Part shown: positions 1 to 10,687 of the stretch, piece after piece
Position numbering within the stretch: position 1 is the stretch's first letter
Layout of the letters: the number at the start of each line of letters is the position of its first letter
Origin: Balanoglossus misakiensis
Lineage: Eukaryota; Animalia; Hemichordata
Assembly: GCA_040954595.2 (NCBI GenBank)
Contig: CM082590.2
Coordinates: 10,442,088 to 10,506,087, forward strand
Direction: 5' to 3'
DNA length: 64,000 nt
The notes under the pieces: generated by a model
Told to the model about the DNA's origin: nothing
Database searches by the model: none
The model's input: only the letters and a program-made list of their open reading frames with translations
Position numbers and translations under genes: made by a program

Positions 1-126
1 AGCATGACACAGCTCTAGCTCTTCAACAACTTCAACAAGGCGAAAGTATCCCACCAGGGTTTAGTAAAGAAGTGTTTACCACATTAGTTTGGGACAACAA
101 TGACTTTGGTGAAGAAACTTTGAGTG
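1..126 (+). CDS. Academ transposase, internal exon (5' truncated by window edge), carrying the WDNNDF motif
   Basis: The frame from position 3 reads HDTALALQQLQQGESIPPGFSKEVFTTLVWDNNDFGEETLS(G). It ends at a canonical donor G|GTAAGT (127-132), phase 1. Confidence 0.85.
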
Positions 127-325
127 GTAAGTACACATACATGTATTCTTATTTAAATCCATGTACAAGGTTTTTTGTTGTTGCACCACTTCCGACTGTC
201 GAGGTACTAAGAAAGGCTGTTTTAATATTTTTTTAAATGTAAATGTATTCTTGTCTATTATGATCCATGTGCATTTACCAATATAGTAATTTTAATATTG
301 TACAATCATTTTCATGTTTTATTAG

Positions 326-511
326 GAAAAGGAACAACTCACAACACAAATGGAATAATTATACAGAGAAATCAGGCGGGTGATGATGGAAGTGACAGTT
401 ACTCCACCAATCCAGTCGCAGTTGCCAAGTCCAAGCAAAGAACATTACAAGTTCCACCAAGCAATATTATTGAGTATCATGGACGACCTCGCCATGGCCC
501 ATCACCCTCAG
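326..511 (+). CDS. Academ transposase, internal exon
   Basis: Acceptor TTTTATTAG| (AG 324-325). The phase-1 join gives ...EETLSG-KGTTHNTNGIIIQR... Donor CAG|GTTGTA at 512, phase 1, lies just before the in-frame TGA at 520-522. Confidence 0.8.
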
Positions 512-1215
512 GTTGTACATGATAAAGCTAGCTACATCATCGTTGTGTTCATTGAAGTTATTGGATTTGGTTATTGTTGTAAGTAATAAAATGCATGAAT
601 GCATGATCATGTTTTTTTTGTGAATTATGAACTTTGTTTAGTTAAAGACTTGTTACCAATACTTTTTAATATATTTCTGCCCATTCTCAGTACTTCAGAT
701 TTGCTTGACCATCATGACACATTTATGTTTAGCCCTATAGAGTTAACTTTACTGAATAGTGTTAGCATTATTTCTAGTTGTTGCTACTAACCTAATCATC
801 ATTTGATATTAACACTATTATTTGCATGATGCGTTGGAAGTATTACTACATCAACCATAAACAGTTTATTTTTACATATTTATATGTGACCAAATATGCA
901 TCTAAGGCATTAATTCAATGACAAGATCATACAAATAATGTGGTCCAAACTCACCACATTGTTGTTGCAATGTGTGTGCTTCAACTTAAATTGATTGCAG
1001 CTGTTAGTAGTTAAAACAGTCAAAGCTTACTACATTTGCGTAGCACCTACTAGCGGCTAAAATAATGCAACTTATAGCCACATTCTAAACATTGCTACAG
1101 GAGTGTAGTGTCTAGCTGATGCTCTAATTGCTTGATTGTTTGCATAAATTTAATATTTGTACAATTCCATAAGGTGTTTTTTTAACAAGTTGACTCCCTT
1201 GTTACATTTTATTAG

Positions 1216-1301
1216 GTATCGACATTGAGTTTGCTGATGCAACACTGGAAGAGCAACCTTTGAGAAAGGACATGGCTTTTTGGATGTGCAAGACTGTCCA
1301 G
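1216..1301 (+). CDS. Academ transposase, short internal exon
   Basis: Acceptor CATTTTATTAG| (AG 1214-1215). Reads (G)IDIEFADATLEEQPLRKDMAFWMCKTVQ. Donor CAG|GTGTGT at 1302. Phase 1 in and phase 0 out bridges the two flanking exons exactly. Confidence 0.7.
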
Positions 1302-1469
1302 GTGTGTGTTACATTTTTTTGCTAATGCCCATTCAATAACCAAAGTTAACAGTAATTGCAAACTTTAGTTTTTTAATGTGAAATAAAGTGTGATTTATAA
1401 TCATATTCCATTGAAATATTGCCAATTTTAAAAACTGTGGGATGGGTATTTTTTTTTCTCCTCATGCAG

Positions 1470-4424
1470 GTTGAAGAAGGGATAACCATGCCATCATGGA
1501 CTGGATTCAACCAGCAACTGTCAGGAAGCAGCATTCCACCTGTCAGCAAAATTGGTTATCTACCAATTATAGATGCCAGCCCAACAGAAATGTCCACTGT
1601 AAACACAATTCTCAGTAGAAGTATTGACTTAGCTGATAAACTATGTTTACAGAGTGTTGTTCTGAATATGGATCAGGCAATTTATTCAAAGGCACAGGAG
1701 ATACGCTGGCAGAGTGAAGAATTCACTAGTCGCCTTGTACTACGTCTGGGAGAATTTCATACGGCAATGTCCTTCCTTGCAACAGTGGGGAAGCGATTCA
1801 GAGATGCTGGTCTGGAAGATATCATGATTGAGTCTGGTATTCTGGCCCAGGGTTCAGTAAATGGTGTGATGAGTGGCCACCATTACAACAGAAGCATTCG
1901 CTGCCATAAGTTAGTCGCTGAAGCCATGCACCGTCACCGTTTTAATGAATTTCTTGATGGCTTACCAGGAGATGAGCACTTGACAGCTATTGGTACCCTC
2001 ATTCAATTATATGAAAGTTACCCAGAAACCTTCAACGTTGAAGTAAATACAGAAAGTGTTAACAACCTCCAACTTCAGTACAGGTGCCACATTCAGAGGT
2101 GCCGTGAAAGTAATGTCAACTATGACTTTTGGAGTTCGTATTTGGATATGGTGCAGCTGGTGCTATTCTTCATAAGAGCAACACGTGAGGGGGACTGGCA
2201 TTTACATCTATGTGCCATAAAAAAGATGCTACCATGGTACTTTGCATATGGCCGAGTAAACTACTCCCGCTACCTTCCAGTCTACCTTCAGGAGATGCTG
2301 GCTCTACCACAAACCCACCCCACTGTCTATGAGAAGTTCTGTGATGGTGAATTTGCCGTACAGCGATCTGATGACCATGCATTTTCCATGACTGCATGTG
2401 ATCAAGTCATTGAACAAACTTTCAATCGGGAGTCGAAGACTAAGGGTGGCCTGGTAGGCTTCACCCAAAACAAGGGTGCACTCAATCGCTGGATTTTAAG
2501 TCATCCCTCTCGTTCTGCCATCACCAATGCCCTTTACTCACAAGCTGGTAAGACAGGGAAGCAATCAGATCATAAAGATCTGAGAAAGACAAGGATGGCC
2601 AAAGATGAGTCAGATGTACAGGAGGTAATGTCAACACTTACTACTATGGGGTCACCATTTGTTGCTGATTGTGATAATCAGCTGGTTCATCTGACATCTG
2701 GTGCACTTGCCAGTGAAGACATCAAAACAGATCTGCTAAGTGCCTACACAAAAGGCCAAGATGCCTACTTACAGTTCCAGGAAGAACGTCTGTCAGAAGG
2801 AACAAAGGATTTGTTCGAAAAGATGAAAGTCTTGAAGTTGAAAACTTTTGCAGACCTATCTAGGAAGCCGAAGTCAAAAGTCACACTCAGTTCTCTCTCC
2901 ATAAAGGAAAATAGAAATCTTCTGGGTAGAATGTTAATGATTGCACAGGTCAGACATCTAGATCTCCATGAAGTTTTGATGTACCCCCTTGGCCCTGTAC
3001 CTGCAGTGTTTGCTAATTTCGATGAAAGCATGACAAAAACAAACAAAGCTGTCCTTGCACACTTAATGGAAGCAAGAAATCCTGAAGCAGTTGTTGACCT
3101 CAGCCTTGATGGAAATACTGCCATCATTGTCGATGCCATGGCAATGATACAAATGCAAGTTAAGCTACCTGCTACCTTTGGGGAATTTGCATCAAGCCTT
3201 TTCTACCAAATTAGAGCAATTGCATTGAAACATGGTGCTGCCAGAATCGACTTCGTCATCGATCAGTACAAAGAAACGTCTATAAAGTCTGCTGAGAGAA
3301 GTCGTAGGGCATCAAGTGGTGTGTACAGTGAGATAAGAATTACCAATCCAGAAATCAAGATGCAAAAGAACTTCAAGAAGTTCCTGGCCTCTGGTAAGAA
3401 CAAGGAGTCGCTCATAAATTTCCTGTTCGAATCATGGAAGGAATATGATGCAGAATGCTTGCAAGGTGTTACACTGTATGTGACTAAGGGTGAGAGATGC
3501 TACAAAATGCAGTCTGTGGATGGTACGATGAAGGTGACTGAGGTGCCAGAATTACACTGTGACCATGAAGAGGCTGACACCAGATTGTTCATTCATGCTC
3601 AGCACGCATCCATTGTTGATAAGGCAGATAATGTTGTCATTCGCAGCCCCGACACAGATGTCTTTGTGATAGCTCTAAGTTGTGTTCATCTCCTTCAGAC
3701 CAAGCTGTTCCTTCACCAAACCAGCAAAAATGGCAGAGTGTTACATATTAACCAAATACAAGAGACTTTAGACAACACAACTGCACAAGCTCTTGTCGGG
3801 CTCCATGTGTTCTCAGGATGTGATAGTGTTAGTGCTTTCCGGGGCAAAGGCAAAAAGAAGATGGTGAACATGTTGCTACACAGCAGTGCCTACACTAAGA
3901 CATTCGAACAGTTAGGTGAATCGTGGACATTATCTGAAGAATTGATGACACGATTAGAGGCATTTGTATGTGACTTGTATGGGCAGAAGACGAGTACTAA
4001 CATTAATGAGGCCAGATATAACTGCTTCCGCTTAGGGCTGCATAGTGAAAGTTCCCTTCCTCCTAACAGAGACAGTCTGATAAAACACTCACAACGTGCG
4101 AACTATCAAACTGCTGTCTACAGGAGATGTTTGGTACCAAAGATGAATGCACCAAACCCAGATGGAAATGGCTGGATCAAAAGGGATTCTGCTCTGGCCA
4201 TTCATTGGATGACGATGCCTGTTGCACCAGACTCTGTCATGAAGTTTGTGAGCTGCAAATGTAAAAAGTCTGAATGCTCATCATCACGGTGTTCTTGTAG
4301 AGGTGCTCAACTTGTATGCACAGAACTGTGCCAGTGTTGTAACTGTTGCAACAAGAATGTTGAAAGAGACAGCAATGATGGCAGTGATGAGAACGCTTCA
4401 GATGTTGACATTGATACTGAATAA
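1470..4424 (+). CDS. Academ transposase-XPG/FEN nuclease-CXC fusion, last coding exon (984 codons + TAA)
   Basis: Strong acceptor TTTTTTTTTCTCCTCATGCAG| (AG 1468-1469), phase 0, uninterrupted ORF. Transposase-like motifs: PSWTGFN, MDQAIY (D 1671), LRLGEFH (H 1758), DQVIEQT (E 2412). Nuclease motifs: IVDAM (3132), IDQY, KSAERSRR, HEEADT (3564-3581), SPDTD (3645-3659), GCD (3816-3824). Cys cluster at 4254-4349. AATAAA overlaps the stop (4420-4425). Confidence 0.92.
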   Translation, partial: VEEGITMPSWTGFNQQLSGSSIPPVSKIGYLPIIDASPTEMSTVNTILSRSIDLADKLCLQSVVLNMDQAIYSKAQEIRWQSEEFTSRLVLRLGEFHTAMSFLATVGKRFRDAGLEDIMIESGILAQGSVNGVMSGHHYNRSIRCHKLVAEAMHRHRFNEFLDGLPGDEHLTAIGTLIQLYESYPETFNVEVNTESVNNLQLQYRCHIQRCRESNVNYDFWSSYLDMVQLVLFFIRATREGDWHLHLCAIKKMLPWYFAYGRVNYSRYLPVYLQEMLALPQTHPTVYEKFCDGEFAVQRSDDHAFSMTACDQVIEQTFNRESKTKGGLVGFTQNKGALNRWILSHPSRSAITNALYSQAGKTGKQSDHKDLRKTRMAKDESDVQEVMSTLTTMGSPFVADCDNQLVHLTSGALASEDIKTDLLSAYTKGQDAYLQFQEERLSEGTKDLFEKMKVLKLKTFADLSRKPKSKVTLSSLSIKENRNLLGRMLMIAQVRHLDLHEVLMYPLGPVPAVFANFDESMTKTNKAVLAHLMEARNPEAVVDLSLDGNTAIIVDAMAMIQMQVKLPATFGEFASSLFYQIRAIALKHGAARIDFVIDQYKETSIKSAERSRRASSGVYSEIRITNPEIKMQKNFKKFLASGKNKESLINFLFESWKEYDAECLQGVTLYVTKGERCYKMQSVDGTMKVTEVPELHCDHEEADTRLFIHAQHASIVDKADNVVIRSPDTDVFVIALSCVHLLQTKLFLHQTSKNGRVLHINQIQETLDNTTAQALVGLHVFSGCDSVSAFRGKGKKKMVNMLLHSSAYTKTFEQLGESWTLSEELMTRLEAFVCDLYGQKTSTNINEARYNCFRLGLHSESSLPPNRDSLIKHSQRANYQTAVYRRCLVPKMNAPNPDGNGWIKRDSALAIHWMTMPVAPDSVMKFVSCKCKKSECSSSRCSCRGAQLVCTELCQCCNCCNKNVERDSNDGSDENASDVDIDTE

Positions 4425-4787
4425 ATGTGCTGTTCATGTAATCTGAGGTAAACATTGAAAGGTTGTTGCAAATTGAAAGCTTTGCCAACTAACTGAAATT
4501 CAGTTTGATTGTTGAAGTGTACTTTAAATGTATATGTGCTCAAGGTCTTGAAATGCCAATCTGATACTATTTTCTGTGTAATGCAAATACATTCTTGTGT
4601 CATGTGGCTGTTATATACATCGGCAATAGACAGACAGACAGACGGACATGAGTATGCAAATGAGCTGTGAAAATCTAATTGTTTGGTTCAAAAAACATAT
4701 GATATGAGCTCTGACAAGTAAAGAGGTAATTTCTTAATGATTTATTAAAGACATAACAACATAATTATATATCCCACACAAGTGTTT

Positions 4788-4828
4788 GTGACTTATATTG
4801 GTTTTCGTTGGTGACTTATATTGGTTTT
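4788..4828. repeat. 18-bp direct repeat in the Academ 3' subterminal region
   Basis: GTGACTTATATTGGTTTT occurs at 4788-4805 and 4811-4828. Confidence 0.85.
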
Positions 4829-6428
4829 ATGAAAAAAGTGCAAAAAGTGACATTTTTCGTCAAAATGCTAAAAAATGGCAAGACTTAGTTGGTTGAACTT
4901 TTCTGTTTTTGTATTAGATCATCATTGACTGTCATTTGCAACTGAAATGAAGTAGTCTGAAAACCCTATACAAACAAGTGCCATTTCTAGGAGGTTTCTA
5001 AGGGGTCGGCCCACAGACTATTTCCATTTTGTTCATCGTCTCACTTCAGTGCCTGGTTTGATCATGCAGGTAATGCCCTGGTTTTCTGCATGCGCACCAC
5101 TCCATGAAACATGGACGCCCTGACGTCAATCTTCAGTTTGCGATCGATATGGCTTTCAATTCGGTCGATGTTCAAGCTCTATTTCGTTCTTAGGATGTTG
5201 GAGTACCATCGTGAATTCGATTTTTCAGTTCATTACAAACTCATTACCGATGCCTCCTGTACTTTTCTGTGTGAAAACTCCCATTTCCCTTGTTGGTAAC
5301 ATTATACCTTAGAAGTATTTCCTTGATGTTATTTTACTGTCACGTAAATTGATTTATTCGCTAATTGATAGAAGAAACAAACAAATTAGCATACAAAATA
5401 CTAGCGCCAATGCAATGCAATAAAGTGCTGCGCAGAGCAGTACGATACAGTAAGATCTATGAAGTGATAAATAGTAATTTGGCAAATCAAAAGTATGACT
5501 GCATTTCTTTGCAGTTTGTACGGTGTTATCGTTGATGAATATGTGAAAAGGGAACAACAATAATGGCGTTCAATTCGACTCTTTCGTCCAAACAAATCGA
5601 TAATTAGCTGATGCAGTCGGGTTGCGGTTTGCAATGTCACGACTCTTTGCGTGAATCTGCACTCTGTACCAGCAGGAAGTAAATTCCACCCTGCTTTCTG
5701 ATGTGCTAATTACTTGATGATCCCTGTGTCTGGAATGGTACACAAGCATTGTGGTCTTTTTTGAGACTGTGTCGATCATCACGGTGGGAAGTGAGTCTCT
5801 GTTACTAAGCAACCAAATGTTTGCTAGCAGATAACTGTTGTAGCACTCTTTAAACGATCCTAATTTCAGGTCAACGTTTTACTGTCGTGTCACACAAGAT
5901 AAGTCACCTGTGAATAAAACAAGTTATTCCTTCACCATCTTTTAATTCTTGTTTCATATCTAATTACCTTATCAACAGTTGTGTTGCTTTGGAAGAAACT
6001 AAACCCCAATGCAATCATGTCATCAATTTAAGTGGTTTACACTTGGGATGATATTGTTTTGATCATATCATTTATAAATTGCAACTATAGTAATTCATCA
6101 TTTTTGATCTACAATTAATAGTCACAGTAAATAACATTCACAGAAGACTCGTAAATTTATGAGGATGTTGTTGTGAGTTTGACCAAAATCCATGACAAAT
6201 ATCTCATCTCTAATGGTGTATGGTTTTATCATCTAAAATAATAGATGGAAGATTTTGGAAACAATATTTTTATTCAGTGTGGCTTGACGTGCGATGTGCG
6301 TGTATGTTGACTGCCTCGCTGGAGCGTAAATGACTCTGCATCCTGCTGTGGTGAAGTGTTCACTCCTTTGCATCTTACGCTCCTGGAGATCAGCTAGACT
6401 TCCGTAAATATTGCAACGGGGGTTTCTG

Positions 6429-6831
6429 TCATGTTAGGTCGAGCGGGACGACGTGACTGTTAGTGTATTTTGCCATGCTCTGATCGACATTCTGACATGT
6501 GTCATTCACTGTTGCATCCTCTGAGTATTTGTCCTGCTAAGAGGAAAATTATCCTTCGTGCAGATGTCACAAGTCTGATACAGCAACAAAGTCACCATCT
6601 AATGGCGACTTATCACCATCTAATGGCGACTTAACTATCCCGTTTTGTTTACTCGCACTTCTGTAGTGCATTACTCACCTTTTTCAATCCTTTGTTCCAT
6701 CTAAATTGGCGTTCGATATAGTCGAGTACAAAGTCATTAGCGATTGATTCAAATGTAATGTTGTTCTTTTTTGTGTAGAGCAGAGTCATCCCATCAACAC
6801 TGTTCATGTTTAATCCATTGGCCACTGCTAC
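6429..6831 (-). other. Candidate last two exons (6831-6679 and 6533-6429) of an unidentified minus-strand gene
   Basis: Strong donor AAG|GTGAGT (6678) and acceptor TTTTCCTCTTAGCAG| (6534) define a 145-nt intron. The phase-0 join is open (VAVANG...RWNKGLKK-DKYSED...VPLDLT*). AATAAA is on the minus strand at 6274-6269. The upstream acceptor is weak and I recognise no homology. Confidence 0.25.
6592..6633. repeat. Perfect 21-bp tandem duplication
   Basis: TCACCATCTAATGGCGACTTA x2 (6592-6612, 6613-6633). Confidence 0.95.
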
Positions 6832-7663
6832 CTTTTAGCACATTATTGTACTTCTTGTTCTAATTCTGTTTCTCTTATCCATTTGTTGAGTGATTACCGG
6901 TGTGCGTTTGAAATGTTGATGGATGACAGATTTAGCATAAAACGTTTATTAGACAGCCACAGTTAATGGCCAGATGGCCTGTAGTTTTTGGTTGTATATA
7001 CTTAATTTTAATTTTCATAAATTACAGGAAGTCTTCATGAGTTGTTTTTACGTGGGGAAACTTCCATGTTCAAATTTGACATTATTTTACTAATAAATTG
7101 AGAACTGTTTTGCTCTGATAAACTCGTTTCACATATTCCGGAAATATTTCAAAGAAAACGAAGACTGATTGACAGTTCATAACATCTGAACACAACCACG
7201 TACGTTTCTTGACTTAATGCGTTCGGAAACTCGTATATTTGATCATGTTTGCGCGCGTGAGGTTTTAGTTTCCACAATAATTACAATCTTCATTTCTCTG
7301 AAAGTCGATTCCGAAAGAGATACCTTTACCACTCAGGATAATACGACAAGATATATTATTTCGTGATTTTTCGTGAATTTCGAACATAAGGCTGATTCTT
7401 GCTTAATTCCTCGCAGATAACTTTCTGATGCTTATGCAGAAAGTAATTATTTCACAATTTCGAGTTTCTCATCTTTGAGGCCCGCATCACTGGAAAAGTA
7501 AATTTGTCATTTTTGCTTGCGCGGGGATAATTTTGTGTTCGTATGCGTAAGACACAATCGAAATATGGAACATTTCACGTGTTGGTTCAAAGAAGAATAC
7601 ATAGCTTTTATAGAGAAGCGATTGAAACATCGCAGTCACATTTGTCTTGTGGTTTTATTTTGC

Positions 7664-7676
7664 CATCATCATCATT

Positions 7677-7716
<40 letters not shown>

Positions 7717-7750
7717 ACATTATCATCAACATCATCATCATCATCATCAA

Positions 7751-7785
<35 letters not shown>

Positions 7786-7813
7786 ACATCATCATCATCA
7801 TCATCATCATCAA

Positions 7814-7884
<71 letters not shown>

Positions 7885-7934
7885 ACATTATCATCATCAT
7901 CATCATCATCATCATCAACATCATCATCATCATT

Positions 7935-7977
<43 letters not shown>

Positions 7978-8011
7978 ACATTATCATCAACATCATCATC
8001 ATCATCATCAA

Positions 8012-8055
<44 letters not shown>

Positions 8056-8071
8056 CCACCATCATCATCAC

Positions 8072-8142
<71 letters not shown>
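7664..8142. repeat. (CAT)n trinucleotide microsatellite, ~480 bp, with CAA/TAT/CAC interruptions
   Basis: Directly visible. It explains the poly-H, -S, -I, -D and -M ORFs in five frames. Confidence 0.98.
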
Positions 8143-10603
8143 AGTGAAAACAAAATTCCTAGCTATTTTATATTTAGATTCCACCAACACAAAGATTGCC
8201 ATGCTCAGAAATCTGGCATTAAGTATTCTTTAGAATTCAAACATGAATCCTATGTGTGTAAGTGTCAATCTTTCCAAACCAACCAGAATTCCTATGGCTC
8301 TATATGTTCCCTTATGGGCTGGAAACAACAATGAGAAACAACTAAAATATTGCAATGATGTGTTCCTTCTAACCACGCTTGAACACACTCACGAAATCAG
8401 CGCTACGTGACTTATAAAACACATGTACAATAACCACGCATGCGATGTACCATGGGATTTGAAATGATTTAGGTATAAATTATTTATGGGCTGGACATAA
8501 TGTAACGAGAAAGTAGAAGGTTAGAAAAAAATGAACTATAATGTTCGATTTTATCACTAAGCTTGCACGAGCAGGGGAGGTCTCCAACGAGTAGTTGGAA
8601 TATTCCAGTTCAAACTGCGAACACTGTCTTTCTTGGAAAATAAAAATGATATCGCCTATTTACGCCAAAACGCATGTTATTCTGCACTCATTTATATCGA
8701 TTTGTATGGCTGATTTCAATTTCCAGTCGTTGGTCATTCAGCTAGAGGGAGTATTGTGTTTGAAGTAAACACTTTCTGATAGTCTATGTCAAAACATTTG
8801 ACAGCACTATTGACATCTAATCACAAATCGATAAAAGAAACCTTTATTAAAAAAATCAGCTGGTTGTTTCTCTTGCTCTTCCTTTCTTTGGATACTTTAC
8901 GCCCCCTCCCCGTATAGAAAAATGTCTCAAGAATCATTGAACGCTGTCAAAGATTCGCTTAGTGTCAGAATGATGTGATTGATGGTCGAAACAACGGCAC
9001 TCAATGTAAAGTCAGGCTTTGGTGGGAATACCCTTTCTTGAGTTCAAGTACGTGCAGTATGTATCTACCTATATATGTGTGTATGTCTGTACAGAAAAGG
9101 TTCTTTAGCACATGCTTTTATGTCAAAGCGACGGGAAAAGGTGTTCGGTTTAGACAGGTTTCCAGATTAGACAGGGATATGTGTCTGTGCGTGCATGTGT
9201 CTGTCAGTCCGGATATCTGTCTTTTAGTCTAGCAGGCTTTCATCTCATCACCTTCCTGTTAGGTCAATTTACACAGTTAGAGTAACTAATATTTTCCAAC
9301 CTGCTTATAACAGATTGTCGCCAACTCTTTTCATACTCTCTGCATGACTGTCGATACAAGAAATCCATGATTTTGTTGTGACGTTTTCGCTTCCTGTCTA
9401 GAGCTCACCTCAATTCAAAGAATATTTTTACCAGCAAAGATTTATTGCTTCCGAAAACGACCGTTTTTTTATTTGATTTACTAGGGTAATGATAAACGTG
9501 CACGGAAGGGAACTCTGAATGCATCCTATTCTTAAACCATCATTTATCTTGAAGGAAAAAATCACGATTAAAGGTTTCCCATGTGATGACAACAGCGTGA
9601 TTTATTGGAATAGTTTTCGATAAGAAGAAATACGCATGAAAAACAAGTCGAATCCAATCACGTTTTCGACGTTATCAATGTCGGAGTAAAAACTCATTTG
9701 CATATTGTTTTGTGATGACGGCGAGTTGTGCATGGGGTTCTAGACATTAAATTTTCTCTGTTTTAATTTCATATGTGACTTTTTGTAGCTTATGACATGA
9801 AAAGTGGTAGCCCCAACGTTTGAAATTTTATGTGGATCCTTTAAAAGAAATGGCCATCTTTTCCCAAATGTATAAAATGAGTTTCTCTATTTTTCATGAA
9901 ACGAAAACCAACAGATAGACCTGTATATGCGCAGATGGAACATGCACCGTATGTTTTGATATCTTTCAGAAATCTGGTGTCATTCTATTTCGTTCTGTTC
10001 CCAGGTGGTTGTTATGGGTGCCCAATTTAAATCAAACTTAAATCGTAACTCACAAACACACACGCACACACTGAGAGTATACAAGTCGACATTTCTGAAC
10101 CAATCCAACATGTAGTCTAAATTTAATTTGACTCGGTGTCAAAAGTTAATGAAAAGAAGAATTGATGGCGGAAACTTGCAGTTCACGTGGCGAATTCTTC
10201 ATCTCTAGTCGTCAGTAGAGCATGTGATGTCTCAGTGGAAACCTTTAAGTGGCGCATCGCGAAGACACATACCTTGCTAAGTAATGAAGAATGGCCCGCG
10301 GTTTCGGAAACTTGTGAGATCTTTCTGCAGGCATTTGAAGTCGCCTTCTTGGTCTTTGATCGCTCGCGTAAGTGGAGAAAGATGTGATCTCGCAAGTAGT
10401 CTTACACCTTTTAGGCAAAGTCCTGGGAATAGGTGGCTTCAGCTAAGATGCTGTATTAGTTTGACCTATTAGGAAACGTGTAGTTGTGCGACCCCTGAGG
10501 TAAAAGTTGTTTGCGACTGAGGAGAGATTTAATAGGTTACGCTGCTTGCTATCTCATTTCAGAAAAGCTCTTCTTATCAGTTTTTCCATGAAGCATTGGC
10601 ACG

Positions 10604-10687
10604 GAGAGAGAAAGAGGCAGAGAGAAAGAGAGGCAGAGAGAGAGAAGGAGAGAGAGAGAGAGAGAGACACGCTACAAAAAGAGAGAG
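10604..10687. repeat. GA-rich microsatellite
   Basis: Imperfect (GA)n run. Confidence 0.9.

Larger units (their letters stand above)
1..5020 (+). mobile_element. Academ superfamily DNA transposon, AcademX type (transposase + XPG nuclease + Cys-rich zinc finger); left end lies outside the window
   Basis: The spliced protein has the domain order described for AcademX. About 600 bp after the stop the sequence reads ...GGGGTCGGCCCACAGACTA (ends 5020). Its reverse complement starts 5'-TAGTCTGTGG, consistent with the TAG..CTA termini I recall for Academ. The TSD cannot be checked without the left end. Confidence 0.8.

Noticed and set aside
1419-1469. TTG start and hydrophobic N-terminus (MPILKTVGWVFFFLLMQ) of the 1001-aa ORF, resembling a signal peptide
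   Set aside because: This is the intron's polypyrimidine tract and acceptor. The real exon starts at 1470 and splices in phase to upstream exons.
2170-4603. Minus-strand ORFs overlapping the transposase
   Set aside because: Antisense shadow ORFs with no recognisable motifs.
7517-8334. Poly-His, -Ser, -Ile, -Asp and -Met ORFs of 160-260 aa
   Set aside because: A (CAT)n array has no stops in five of six frames. The flanks show no coding character.
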